Origin: Octopus sinensis
Lineage: Eukaryota
DNA: 64,000 bases
NCBI RefSeq assembly: GCF_006345805.1
Contig: NC_043006.1
Coordinates: 10,478,001-10,542,000 of the forward strand
Direction: 5' to 3'
A program made the translations under genes and the position numbers. Numbering within the stretch: the stretch's first letter is position 1; each line of letters starts with the position of its first letter. Of the stretch, positions 1 to 13,288 are shown piece after piece. Under the pieces are notes generated by a model. The model was not told the DNA's origin and searched no databases. It saw nothing but the letters and a program-made list of their open reading frames with translations.

Positions 1-39
<39 letters not shown>

Positions 40-886
40 GCATAAATGCGTGGTTGATTTCGAAGTTCTAATCGAACCTCTTCAGCCGATAGCCGTCCCA
101 TCCTACTGTTACACATAATTTTGTATCTAAAACTTCCGTGAAACTTCTATAATGAATCTTCTCCAATATCTCAAACTAGATGTAAAGGTTTATCACACTG
201 AACACATCTGCGTGCTTTCAATTAATCTTCTAACCCTCGTTTAATTATATGGACAATAAACTTCATCCACAAAACTATATTAAACCCAAGTTATGAAACT
301 GACCGCTAATAGTATGAAAAGCAACTTATTTAGAAATCAATAAGTTAATTTTGATCCCAGACATTTCTACCACATAACTGTCATTCTCCTGGAGTGCTGA
401 TATTAAAAAAATGATGAAAACCTACGTTGGATATAATTTCCGGAGAGGACACTGAAATTGCTCAACTATATAGACACCATTAAAGTTGCCTGCTTTGGCC
501 CAGTGTAGCCTTAGAGCACATAAATGATATTGAAATGATAAAGTTGGTGAACATATTAATTTATGACAATAATTAATAAGCTAACTTTAGATACTAAAAT
601 AAATTCTAAATTAAAGCTGACAGTGAAAATATACGCACCTAACATGTAATACCATTTCTGTGCTTTGTCAAACAGAGAACACAGTTTAAAGATACGATTT
701 CTATTCTTGCAGTGGAAGAAACATTAACGATATGGACACAAAAACAAACTTTGTATAGTATGTATCATAATAAAATAGGTTCTTCAATCGCAGTTTTATA
801 AGCCTAGAAGACATTAAGTGAGCTAGAAGTTCTAACATTGTCATAGCGAATATTCGGCGACGTCATAACTTTTCTCCAGCTTCTAA

Positions 887-930
<44 letters not shown>

Positions 931-931
931 A

Positions 932-963
<32 letters not shown>

Positions 964-1148
964 AGTTCAGCAAAATTTAGATTCAGGTGAATATGGTATT
1001 TAAGTTAAAGGCAACAGAATTTTGTATGGTATTATCCATATAAATCAAATGGGGTGATTATAATCAAAATAAGCAACAAGGATATCCAAGGTAGAGTAGT
1101 ACAATTGTTTCATGCTACTTCATTTTATTAAACTATGTATATATATAT

Positions 1149-1350
1149 GACCGCGGGTGTACCGTTGGCGATTTTTTTTCCTCTGTTTTCCCTTCTCTGG
1201 ATCTTTCCTTCTCATATGTTTTCGACGAAGAGCTCCGCTCGAAACGTTAAACCCTCCTTCTTTCCTTCTTTCCTGAGCGTCCAATAATACTATATCTGTT
1301 CCACCTCCTCGCGTTGTGGTGTTTTTGTGCTTTCACGTTTGGATTAACTT
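1149..1350 (+). mobile_element. Short non-autonomous element (family H1) with hammerhead-like core, embedded in (TA)n
   Basis: Flanked by TA repeats on both sides. A reverse-complement copy lies at 15823-15994. Contains TCGACGA-A-GAGC-TCC-GCTC-GAAA-CGTT at 1222-1248. Confidence 0.6.
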
Positions 1351-1353
1351 TAT

Positions 1354-1411
<58 letters not shown>

Positions 1412-1904
1412 AGCAGAAACACCCGTCGTTGACAGGACAGAAAAAGGCTACCAGACTTGTACTATGAATATTGAAAGTTATTCACTTAGATATGGCTGTT
1501 AACTTTCATGTAGATGATACTGGTGTATCTTTCCGGCCAATATATAAGAAATGGCTGTCACTTCCCATGTGGACGATAGAGCTGTTTCCTTCAGGTCAAT
1601 ATCATCATGGATGCATATAAACTTCTGATCTCTACTGTTTCGTTTCAGTCTATAAATGAAGCAAACATGTCTAATACAAGATAACTAAATATAAGTTTGG
1701 GGAAAACTAAAAACGTACTGTAATTTATTGAATGTAAGTATTACAACAAACAAAAATACAAATAGGTTTTCTTAGATGAATATAGAATAACAGTGAGAAT
1801 ATCAATATAAAGTTATTATTCATCCAGCCAATATTAGTTTGTTGATCCCATGCTAAAAAAACTCTAATGAACAATTTTTATCAGTGGGGGCAAAAATGAA
1901 AATC

Positions 1905-2510
1905 TTGTTCTTGTTCCACACTCTGGAGCCCCAACATATAAGAGATTGTGGGAAAAACAGTCCTCCTCTAATTGCAAACTAGAAATTTTCGAAGTCTGTC
2001 CTTGGGGTTTATGGATGGACATCGCAGACAACAGATGTATTGGAAACTGAAGTAGTTTGAACTAGACAGGCATACTGGAAGGTATTAAAGGTAAGCCACG
2101 ATGAAAACCTTTTTCCACAGACAAATATATTGTAGCTTCTATGAAATTTCTCGTTAGTTTCTTGACAACAATTCTTGTGCCATTTATGGTGCATTTTGGA
2201 AAAACAAGTAAGGAGTCGATATCCTTCACCATCATCACTACAAGAACTGGAGACTGTTTTAGGTAAAGAACGGACAAAAATTCCTTTGGAAACAATTCAA
2301 ACTTTGAAGGAGTCTATAACTCATAGAATTTAAGGGTGGTAGTAATTAAAATAAATATTAAAAACATTTGTTTGAGACAGGTTGCGCTGAAGCAATGGTT
2401 GGGGCGCCTATTTCAACTGAAGGCAATGAGGACATCCTGGTGGCTCCAGTGTAATTGACTATTTATGAGTCATCCACAACAGTGTGTATAGACTTGTAAG
2501 CATGTCTATT
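1905..2510 (-). pseudogene. Pif1-family helicase C-terminal remnant, probably Helitron RepHel, interrupted by a Tc1 fragment
   Basis: Minus-strand translation gives YKSIHTVVDD, EPPGCPHCLQLK*APQPLLQRNL, then NGTRIVVKKLTRNFIEATI...LPLIPSSMPV*FKLLQFPIHLLSAMSIHKPQGQT...CFSHNLLYVG. This matches the Pif1 motif series PPH.L.LK.G.PIMLLRN / NGTR / QFP.RLAFAMTINKSQGQ / FSHGQLYV. Stops and frameshifts are present. Confidence 0.8.
2181..2368 (+). mobile_element. Tc1-like transposase 3' fragment, near-duplicate of 2919-3130
   Basis: Translates as HLWCILEKQVRSRYPSPSSLQELETV... and aligns directly with 2919-3130. Confidence 0.75.
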
Positions 2511-2689
2511 TCCTGAGAAAACGTTCTTTCATTTACATTACTCACAGTAATGCCCTTTTTACTATGTTTTCTCTTTCATACAACTCCTATAGGCAGAAAT
2601 TTTCACATTAATAATTATTAGACCTCTGTTAACAGTACCGCATGCAGGTCCTTTCCGTTTTCTTTCACGCTGAGATTATTTTTTCACTA

Positions 2690-3168
2690 TAGACCTTAAT
2701 GGTCGTAAAGAGACTATATCAGTGAATAGAATAAAGAAAAGACCTTCATAGAGAAAACAGTCCCTGCTCCCAATGCAGACGACACAAACACACATCATTA
2801 CACAGACGGCTTTCACACCCAGCTTCACATTCCATGACTACCATTGGGATCGATCAAGTACCGGATAAAGATTCTGGATTAATTTTCGATTTTTTTGTTA
2901 ATTTTTTAAAAATTTCAACATTTATGGTGCATTTTAGAAATAGAAATAAGGAGGCGATATCCTCCACCATCATCACTACAAGAACTGGAGACTGTTTTAG
3001 TTAAAGAACGGACAAAAATTCCTTTGGAAACAATTCAAACTTTGCACGAGTCTATAACTCATAGAATTTAAGCTGTAATAAGTACCAAGGGCGGTAGTAA
3101 TTAAAATAAATATTAAAATAAATTTGTTTGAAATTTTAAAGTGTTTCCATTATTTTGTCCAACCCCTG
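2690..3168 (+). mobile_element. Tc1/mariner remnant: transposase C-terminus plus right TIR
   Basis: 2919 onward reads HLWCILEIEIRRRYPPPSSLQELETVLVKERTKIPLETIQTLHESITHRI*AVISTKGG, a typical Tc1 C-terminus. 3141-3168 is the reverse complement of CAGGGGTTGGACAAAATAATGGAAACAC, a Tc1-style TIR. Confidence 0.8.
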
Positions 3169-3368
3169 AAAATATATCGCACAAACACCCACACATGTAG
3201 ACTCACATGTATGTATATCTGTATGTATTTTTGTTATTTTACAACAAAATTATTACCATTATGAGTTTTATGCACATTAATGAGATCACAATTGACGTAT
3301 TTTTGAATTAAGTCTAGAGAAGATAAGTTCTACATATACATACACTTATTCACACAGACCTGAAACTT

Positions 3369-3442
<74 letters not shown>

Positions 3443-4670
3443 TATATATAATATGTATATATATGTTTATATATACGTGTGTGTGTGTGTGAGCGTGTGT
3501 ATGTATATATATAATTATTTATATATATATTGCGGTTGTATGTTCGTGTATAAAAAGTAAGATGTATACATACAAGCACATATCCTTTTAGCAAATTTTC
3601 TGGTCAAGAGGAATATGTGCTTCAAATATATTCTTAGTACTCAGTGTTGCAATTATATTTTCATTACTTTATCCCTTTTTTTTTTCTTGTACATTCATTC
3701 TTTTTCTTTTCAGCTGTTGTAGAAAATTACGATATTTATTTTTAGATGAAATAGTTAATGTGAGAATTTAAATACCTCTATATTTCAATAGGTTGAATTA
3801 AGTTCGGTAATAAAAAATATTAAGCGATACAATTAAAATCAGACGACTGTGTTAGAGTAACGAAAATATTAAATGGAAGCACAATATGCCATGCAGTATG
3901 AATATATACATGCTTTTAATGTATCTTCTCCAGACACAGTTAATAAAAAAAAAAATTCAATTTAAAAATAAGCCCAACATTAATGTGCGTAAAAGTAATA
4001 ATGGGAATAATTTTTGTCGCAAATATAACCAATATACAGTTTTTGAGCAAATCTTCGTATCAATGAATGCAATAAACATGGAATTAGTGCTTGTTCTAGT
4101 GCAATAATATCATGAAATATAATGATGTCTAAAACGGAAAGAGACTAGATTATAAATCATGTCTTATACTATGGTAAATACATATATTTTCTCTGATTAA
4201 AAGCTCGTTAATCTGGTTCTTGCAGTTATAAATTTATTTTTGAAATACTGATATCGTAAATCAAAGAATGGAAAACTTTATATAAAGTTATTCATTAGAT
4301 ACACGACCGACTATTTTGATAGTTTGCATAAAAAGAATAGAAAACGCAATATCCCATTCCACTCCAAAATATAAATAAAAAATAGATCATCTACATTATG
4401 GCTGGGGGATAACAGCTTACTCAAAGTACCCGTCCTCAGATTTCACCACAGACCTCAAGAAAGCTTCGGGACCTCCCTCATGCATGCTTCCCTGCGTACC
4501 TGATCGCTCCTTTGATCTTGCCCCCCGGCTCAGCTTTGCTGTTACAGACAGAACACTTAGTTTCTAATAGGGATCAAGTTCAGCAGACATTGAGGCAAGC
4601 ATGGAGCTAAACAAATTAAATACATGAAACATAACAGCTAAAGTATGAAATACAAAATATGTATGATGGT

Positions 4671-5050
4671 AGCACTCCGTCGGTTACGACGACGAGGGTC
4701 CCGGTTGTTCCGATCAACGGAACAGCCTGCTCGTGAAATTAACGTGTAAGTGGCTGAGCACTCCACAGACACGTGTACCCTTAACGTAGTTCTCGGGGAT
4801 ATTCAGCGTGACACAGAGAGTGACAAGGTCGGTCCTTTGAAATACAGGTACAACAGAAACAGGAAGTAAGAGTGAGAGAAAGTTGTGGTGAAAGAGTACA
4901 GCAGGGATCACCACCATCCCCTGCCGGAGCCTCGTGGAGCTTTAGGTGTTTTCGCTCAATAAACACTCACAACGCCCGGTCTGGGAATCGAAACCGCGAT
5001 CCTATGACCGCGAGTCCGCTGCCTTAACCACTGGGCCATTGCGCCTCCAC
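4671..5050 (-). mobile_element. tRNA(Arg)-like-headed SINE, family A, full length
   Basis: Head GTGGAGGCGCAATGGCCCAGTGGTTAAGGC...GGTTTCGATTCC with A/B boxes and a TCG loop. 11-bp TSD AAAATATGTAT at 4654-4664 and 5051-5061. Further copies at 27285 and 53847. Confidence 0.9.
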
Positions 5051-5056
5051 AAAATA

Positions 5057-6105
5057 TGTATACATGTACGTAGTCTAAACAATAAGTAACCGGACTGATG
5101 CTTTAGTATCGACGCTAAAGCACGCAGAGAATTCAGCTGTGCATGCGCAGTAAGTTTTAACGGTATAACTCACTTCTGCTGTTTACAAAAGTGCTTGACA
5201 ATAACGTGTGATCGTCGCATTGAATATGACGAAGAAAGTTTAGCAAAGAGTATTAAAATTTACCAAAAGTTTGGGGATCCCTGCTCAGATGCCTATGAAA
5301 GTTTTCAAAAAGTTTTCATCGTTCTCAACACAATGAAGGAGATATTGTGCAACTGAAACCTGAAAGTCTTTTCGGTCATCTTTATGGTCGTAAAGAGACT
5401 ATATCAGTGAATAGAAAAAAAAAAGACCTTCATTGAGAAAACTATCCCTGCTCCCAATGCAGACGACACAAATACACATCATTACACACACGGCTTGCAC
5501 ACCAAGCTTCACATTCCATGACTACCATTGGGATCGATCAAGTACCGGATAAGGATTCTGGATTAATTTTCGATTTTTTTTGTTAATTTTTTATAAATTT
5601 CAACATTTATGGTGCATTTTTTGACACAAGCATGGCAGACACTCGTCTCATACCCAAATCTTCAATGATAATAGACTGAACTGAACTCTAACCCGTCTGC
5701 ACATCCTCTGATAACTCACAGATTCGACGATTTCCCTTGACAGTTGCACGCACATCACCGATGTTTTTCTCAGTTCTGCTGTTTGTCACTATTGACATTT
5801 TGTGACCACCTTGAAAGTTTGTCACTATTGACATTTTTCGACCACCTTGGAAACTTCTGAATCACTCCACTCGTGTGCGGCTCATATAATCCTTTCCATA
5901 CACTTTCTGCAACTTTGCCCGGGCGTCTGAGCAGGTATCGTCATGGCAACTGTAAACAGGAGAAGTGAGCTAGAATTTTAAAACTTAGTGCGCATGCACA
6001 GCAGCGGTCAAGACCAATCTGTGCCAAGCGGCTTCACTCTGCGTGCTTTAGCTTCGTTACTATGGCAACAGTTCGGATACTTATTGAGCAGACCCCGTAT
6101 ACATG
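5057..6105. mobile_element. Element bounded by long imperfect inverted repeats
   Basis: 5057-5187 and 5951-6105 are diverged reverse complements (shared blocks TGTAAACAG, AGAAGTGAG, GCGCATGCACAGC, CTCTGCGTGCTTTAGC). The interior 5383-5620 duplicates 2699-2934. Confidence 0.55.
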
Positions 6106-7184
6106 CAAAACGAGAGACACAAGAGAGCGGAGACTTTCAGATGATGTATGTTTAAGTATAAATATAGAGATATTTATATTAATAGATCCAACTTACACAA
6201 AGTGCAAAATGATCTAAAATGTAAGATCTAGTCTACCCTGAAGTCGGAACCTCGTTATATCCAATGTTGATTACTTCCATTGCGGCGTACATATGGCAAT
6301 GAACTACATCGAGAAACATTATGATGAATCTCCGAAATAGCTCTCGGACCTTAGTTCCATCCCTTTCATTATCTCTATCTTTTCTCCGTGGAAGCTGGCT
6401 CTATCAATCTTTTTCACTTTCAAAATTTTGGTGTTTAATATCACTGTTTTCTTCGCATTCAGAATAACGATATCTGAGGCATGCAAATAAAGAAGGCATT
6501 AGCACAGTTGTTCACGGTACCCTTAACCGGGATGGAACAAACAATTGATAATTTTTTACCGCTGGTATTGATGTACCATAAAGTTAGCAACCATATAACT
6601 CTGCCTTCTTCGCCATAAATTTGGACAAGTTGAAAACATTTCAAAGAGTCCCTAAAGGTGAACGTTACACACCGATTATGGCTTGAGTGAAAAACATTAA
6701 ATTAATGAGAATTTGTAAGAGAATTCGTTCTCGTCTCAATATATGCGTCGTCATAAATTCTTATAGACGAGCAATTGCATCCTGGTGTCGACTAAAATTG
6801 TTGCCTAGAATCTGTGCCAGTTCCTAGTTTTCAGTTTTAATTCCTTTATATCCAGGATATATTATGGCAGTATTTTGATTGGAGAGATAATGGAAGCTCT
6901 AGAATATTTTAGGGACTGACGAGGGCAGACATATTGCTGTTTTCAAATCAATAAGATGATCTGAAACACTTAAAACTGACTCCTCCGACACAATGGTGAC
7001 GAGGAATGAAGCGGTTTATTTAAGCGGTTTCCCGAGATTAGCCACTTTGCTGAAAAATGTTGACTCTTGTTTTCTTAGTGGCTTCATTTAATTAAACTAT
7101 CACTGCTTTATTGGCACTTTTCTTTGAGTGGGATCCCCATTTGCATTTTAGATATATTTTTCCTCAGTTTATGAAAATTATTTT

Positions 7185-7407
7185 CTACTAGGGCTAACAT
7201 TTAATCCGGCCATAGCCGACCCACACATTCTACATGTTTCCTGTTATATTGACCAGATCCAGTCCGTCACATTTACAAATTCGTTCTAAAAATATACAAG
7301 TACATCATTGAAATCTTGAAGCGACAAAACAATGTGTGTTTGATTCGAAACAATACAAATAAAGAAGAAATACATTTCACAAAGAACTTTGAATGCTAAA
7401 GGGTTAA
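7185..7407. mobile_element. Degenerate piggyBac-like MITE
   Basis: Right end GAATGCTAAAGGG followed by TTAA (reverse complement TTAA-CCCT...). The left terminus is degraded. Confidence 0.4.
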
Positions 7408-7810
7408 ACTTTTGGAGAAATAATTCCTTTTTTTTACGCCTTACAGATTTGAATATGACCATGTTAGCGATATTGACATGGCTGTGAGCATACATAAGTG
7501 TCAGTATGCCTGCGCGTGCGTGTGTACGGGTATTCGTTTCTAACGGTTACACAAGCAGAAAATTTGAGAAATGCCCGTTTCTCACGAACCCTTCCGATTA
7601 TAATTTTCGTTCGAACACCCCAGAAAAAAAATTTATTTACTTTATATATGTGTCATATACTCAATTCTTGGGTACTGAATCACTTTCCAATTCTCTGCAG
7701 AATAATAAATATAATTTTTAAAAATTAGCATTTATTCAAGTATTTATTTGTATTTATATCGCTTGTTCGAAAGATACGTTATAGACACACACACAGATAT
7801 ATATATATAT

Positions 7811-7862
<52 letters not shown>

Positions 7863-7871
7863 CACACAGAC

Positions 7872-7931
<60 letters not shown>

Positions 7932-8049
7932 GAGATAGATAGATAGAGAGAGAGAGAGCTATATGTGTATATATTAACATATACATGTACAGATATATAC
8001 ATATACATAAAAATATGTATGTATATATGTATATACACACATACATCTG

Positions 8050-8103
<54 letters not shown>

Positions 8104-8541
8104 TACAAATGTGCGTGTATGTATGTGTGTATGTATGCATGCATGTATGTATGCATGCATGTATGTATGTATATATGTATGGTTGGTTGGGTTGTCGTCG
8201 TCTGTGGGGTAGATGTTTGTATATCGGGGAAGAGAAAGAGAAATTCTTGTGTATGAGAGAGAAAAAAAAAGTAACATTAAAGATTTTATCAGTGAAATAT
8301 TGCTCAGTCCATAGATAATCAATAATCGCTTGGTTCAGCGTTATCAGACAAAACTATCAATCTGCACCTGATTAAATCGAATTAGTATATTCAATTTTGG
8401 CGTGACAATCATATCGGATTTCCTGTAGTCTTTTATTGAACTTTGATGCAGCCCAGAAACACACACAGAGACAAAAAAGAAAAACATATATATGCATATG
8501 TGCGTATGTATGTATATATATATAATATATATATATATATA

Positions 8542-8599
<58 letters not shown>

Positions 8600-8604
<5 letters not shown>

Positions 8605-8640
8605 TGTGTGTGTGTGTGTGTGTGTAAGTATGTACATATG

Positions 8641-8710
<70 letters not shown>

Positions 8711-9388
8711 CGTGTGTGTGAACGTGTGTATAATATGTATACTAATATAAACAAAAACTAAGTATATTCGCAAGTGTGTATGTGTGCCAACAATATTGTT
8801 TCAACATGATTGTTTATTACTATGTCTCTGTAGTTGTATATGTTAAATAATTTTGACTAATAATACTAATACGTTACGTTAATTCATAAATGTGTGTGTT
8901 TGCTTGTATGTATTTATGTATATGGGCGTGTGCTTCCCTTTATTATATGCTATATGCGTCTAAGTTATATTTACGTCGTCTGTATACCAGTCAGATATTC
9001 GAAGCTACATAAAACCTAGCTACGATTATATATTTTTTCTATAAAATACTATGTAAATTTATCATAACCACTTATGTATGTCTTAATCTAAATATATTTT
9101 CTCATACTTTATTGATGTGCTATGTAAGATAAATATACATACATTTGTTGCACATTGCGCATTATTTACTGGCGCAAATGTTTCTTCGCTTTTTTGTTTT
9201 TCATTATTTTTATTTTCTTTCCGCTTGTTGATAAAAAGACAACTGAAGTGTATCGGTAATTATTGGTTTAATTTAATCAATGATTCACATTATTTGTATT
9301 AACATAGCCAAGTCTGTGTTCTTGAAGTAGTAATATAGATGACTAGCGCATACCTAGCAAATTGATCGAACAGTTTACAATTTATATA

Positions 9389-9454
<66 letters not shown>

Positions 9455-9486
9455 GCACGTATATAGGTATATATATATATATATAT

Positions 9487-9518
<32 letters not shown>

Positions 9519-9568
9519 GTATATGTATGTGTGGTGTGTGTGTGTGTGTGTGTAAGTATGTACATATG

Positions 9569-9616
<48 letters not shown>

Positions 9617-10306
9617 ATATATATTTGCGTGTGTGTGAACGTGTGTATAATATGTATACTAATATAAACAAAAACTAAGTATATTCGCAAGTGTGTATGT
9701 GTGCCAACAATATTGTTTCAACATGATTGTTTATTACTATGTCTCTGTAGTTGTATATGTTAAATAATTTTGACTAATAAATACTAATACGTTACGTTAA
9801 TTCATAAATGCGTGTGTTTGCTTGTATGTATTTATGTATATGGGCGTGTGCTTCCCTTTATTATATGCTATATGCGTCTAAGTTATATTTACGTCGTCTG
9901 TATACCAGTCAGATATTCGAAGCTACATAAAACCTAGCTACGATTATATATTTTTTCTATAAAATACTATGTAAATTTATCATAACCACTTATGTATGTC
10001 TTAATCTAAATATATTTTCTCATACTTTATTGATGTGCTATGTAAGATAAATATACATACATTTGTTGCACATTGCGCATTATTTACTGGCGCAAATGTT
10101 TCTTCGCTTTTTTGTTTTTCATTATTTTTATTTTCTTTCCGCTTGTTGATAAAAAGACAACTGAAGTGTATCGGTAATTATTGGTTTAATTTAATCAATG
10201 ATTCACATTATTTGTATTAACATAGCCAAGTCTGTGTTCTTGAAGTAGTAATATAGATGACTAGCGCATACCTAGCAAATTGATCGAACAGTTTACAATT
10301 TATATA

Positions 10307-10372
<66 letters not shown>

Positions 10373-10404
10373 GCACGTATATAGGTATATATATATATAT
10401 ATAT

Positions 10405-10438
<34 letters not shown>

Positions 10439-10460
10439 ATATGTATATGTATGTGTGTGT
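8600..10460 (+). repeat. ~918-bp near-identical tandem duplication bounded by (TA)n
   Basis: Identical ORFs at 9117 and 10035 (offset 918). One substitution seen, AAATGTGTG vs AAATGCGTG. A partial third unit start lies at ~10360-10460. Confidence 0.9.
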
Positions 10461-11025
10461 GTGTGTATGTATATATTATGTATGCATATATGTATGTATA
10501 TATATATAATAAGAATGCAGAAAAAACAATAAATGGAAGTGGAGTGTATGTATTTTAACTGGACATACGTTTATGACTTTCTACCTGGTTCCAATTTCTG
10601 TGGTGCTTGGAATAATACAATGAAAAAATTCTAACCTCTTTTCCTATTTTATGTTAGAAATTTATTGAAACATACAAAGTACACGCAGGCACACTCAAGC
10701 GAATGCATGCTCAAACATACGAACGTATTCGGAAAGAGAGAGATTGGGGAACATTTAATCTCTATAAGATGCTACACTAATATACATCCAATTGTGAAGC
10801 ATCCAATTGTTCTTCGAACACCCAATATTATTATCCCAAACAACTTACAACAGCGAAACGTACGTTGGGGCAGAAATGATATACACTTGTGTTTATCCTA
10901 GCTTATCTTATATTTGCCTTGCATATCACAATCAGTAACACTACTAAATATAATAGTAAACTAAGCCTTATAATAGAAGGAAACTGGGTAATGGTGATAT
11001 ACATGGGGCAGCTGTTTATTGCACT

Positions 11026-11386
11026 CAGTGTTTCTTAATCCTGGTCCGTATGTCCGTGAGGGTTCGACATAACAAAGTAGTAAATTGTGTATCCACAGTA
11101 TTATTTAAAGGGTGTATGAAAGCAATTTGCTTTAAAAGTATTTATTGCAAGAGACATCTAGGTTTCTTTCTCCAATGTTTCACATAGTTTAACATGTTTC
11201 TGATCACTCGAACATGTTCTCTCAGAGATTTTTTTAATTAACAACTCACACAAATGAACGAGTAAAAGACAAAATAGGAATATTGAAAAAAATATCTATT
11301 TAACTAGTTTTCGAACATCGAATGGCTATGGGGAGGGGGGAGCAGCATAAAGTAGTAATAGGAAAAAAAATTGTTGAAAAACACTG
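11026..11386. mobile_element. hAT (Charlie-like) MITE
   Basis: TIRs CAGTGTTTCTTAA (11026-11038) and TTGAAAAACACTG (11374-11386). No intact 8-bp TSD. Confidence 0.55.
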
Positions 11387-11444
11387 ACCTAACTGTATAC
11401 ACAAGATATACCATATATGTATGTATTTATATACATATATAATA

Positions 11445-11797
11445 GGCGCAGGAGTGGCTGTGTGGTAAGTAGCTTGCTAACCAACCACATCTCGAGCAAG
11501 TGTCTTCTGCTATAGCCCCGGGCCGACCAATGTCTTGTGAGTGGATTTGGTAGACGGAAACTGAAAGAAGCCTGTCGTATATATGTATATATATATATGT
11601 GTATGTGTGTGTTTGTGTGTCTGTCTTTGTCCCCCTAGCATTGCTTGACAACCGATGCTGGTGTGTTTACGTCTCCGTCGGTTAGCGATTCGGCAAAAGA
11701 GACCGATAGAGTAAGTACTGGGCTTACAAAAAATAAGCTAGGCGGTGCTCTAGCATGGCCGCAGTCAAATGACTGAAACAAGTAAAAGTAAAAAGAG
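11445..11797 (+). mobile_element. tRNA-derived SINE, family B, with internal microsatellite
   Basis: A box TGGCTGTGTGG, internal (TA)/(TG) tract, 3' end GACTGAAACAAGTAAAAG. Homologous copies at 14103, 47802, 50048, 52072 and 53364. Confidence 0.9.
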
Positions 11798-11803
11798 TAT
11801 ATA

Positions 11804-11845
<42 letters not shown>

Positions 11846-11972
11846 TTATGCGTCTTTGTGCGTGTGAGAGGATAAAGATCAGAGACACTAAAAAGGACAA
11901 CACAGGAAGAGCAAATAAAAGGGAGATTAAAAAACAAGTGCACAAACATATGCAAGAGACATAGTCAGTGTG

Positions 11973-12016
<44 letters not shown>

Positions 12017-13025
12017 TATATATATATATATATATACGCATATATGTGTGTGCGTGTGTATGTGATTGTATTTATGTTTGTATGTGTATTTGTATGTGTT
12101 TGTGTGTGTGTGTGTCTGTCTGCATGTGTGGCTGTGTGCACGAATGAGTATATATTTTATAGTGGCCGCTTCATAAATCATAGCAGTTAATTCTAAGAGT
12201 CACATATTTTTGTCTTAAACCTGTATCTTCCACCTTACGATAGAAGTCGGTATGTAAATTACCCTGTAAAAATCCACACTATGAGTTTACAGACTTTAAT
12301 TTTACTTGTATTGGATGTAAAAAAAAAAGTCAGAAGGAATTGACAACAAAATTGTCAAATATATCCAATATAGAATATTGAAAATGTCAGCTCTTTAGGA
12401 GATAAAAGTATTCTTCATCTTGCTTATTCAACTTGCTTGTACCAAGCGAAGTTTGAGTGTCTGCTTTTAACAGCTTTATCTTCTTTAAAATAATTGTTTA
12501 ACACCCAGGTGTACAATATTCCTACATTTCCAGAATGGCAGTATTCTATTTTATTGTATTGCTCTCTGTTATTTTTGTGCCTGATATCAGTATTGGTAAA
12601 CTGCGTTTGATATTTAATATGCTTCTTACTGAAGTCATGACACTAGTGTAGAATTACATGGAAATAAATAAAAGTGACTTTATTGTATCAGCACTTTCTT
12701 CTGTCAGATAATATATTTCAGCTTATTCATAAAAGTCGCACAGAAAATTAAAATAAGGTAATTTTTCATAAACACCATTTATTTTTCTACTGCGTTACAG
12801 TTCGTTACAAACATTTTTGTCGGTATCTTGTTATCTACTCTCCAGAAATTGTGTTTCAAAGGAGAAAGTTTCTACTCACTAAAATTTTACATTTAGGACT
12901 CTGCGGAGTTTGAACTAAAGACATTGACAAACGATATAAATATAACAAGAAAATCTTTTTCGACGATACAGTGCGTCGCCTTAGATGTTATTCCATGCGT
13001 TATTCGATCTCCTATACTATTGCAC

Positions 13026-13288
13026 TTGCAGGCACGTGGCTTAGTGGTTAAAGTGTCAGCATCATGATCGTAAGATTGTGGTTTCGATTCCTGAGCCGGG
13101 CAACGCGCTGTGTTCTTGAGCAAAACACTTCATTTCATGTTGCTCCAGTCCACTCAGCTGGCAAAAATGAGTCACGCTGCGATGGACTGACGTCCTGTCC
13201 AGCTGGGACGAACACATACGCCACTGAAACCGGGAAACCGGGCCCATGAGCCTGGCCAGGCTTTAAAAGGGCGCATTTATTATTTTAT
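13026..13288 (+). mobile_element. tRNA-derived SINE, family D, with Meta/V-like central domains
   Basis: A box TGGCTTAGTGG, B box GGTTTCGATTCC, core TTCTTGAGCAAAACACTT...CTCCAGTCCACTCAGCTG, then GCGATGGACTGACGTCCTGTCCAG. Imperfect TSD TATACTATT(G/A)CAC at 13013-13025 and 13289-13301. Domain names are by recalled resemblance only. Confidence 0.8.

Noticed and set aside
2062-2295. Track ORF MFPKEFL...SMPV as one helicase gene
   Set aside because: It is chimeric. The N-terminal half is the antisense of the Tc1 fragment, and only NGTR onward is helicase.
4671-5050. SINE heads as functional tRNA genes
   Set aside because: A/B boxes are present, but the heads run into repeat bodies with TSDs and do not form full cloverleafs.
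6250-7150. Possible Helitron Rep-domain remnant upstream of the helicase fragment
   Set aside because: Strand and order would fit, but the motif matches need repeated frame-hopping. A profile HMM or TBLASTN search is required before it can be claimed.
7748-8773. ORFs rich in YI, HT, CV, LSIY, poly-K/E/V/I/M here and throughout the track
   Set aside because: They are translations of (TA)n, (CA)n, (GATA)n and trinucleotide microsatellites, which lack stops by composition.
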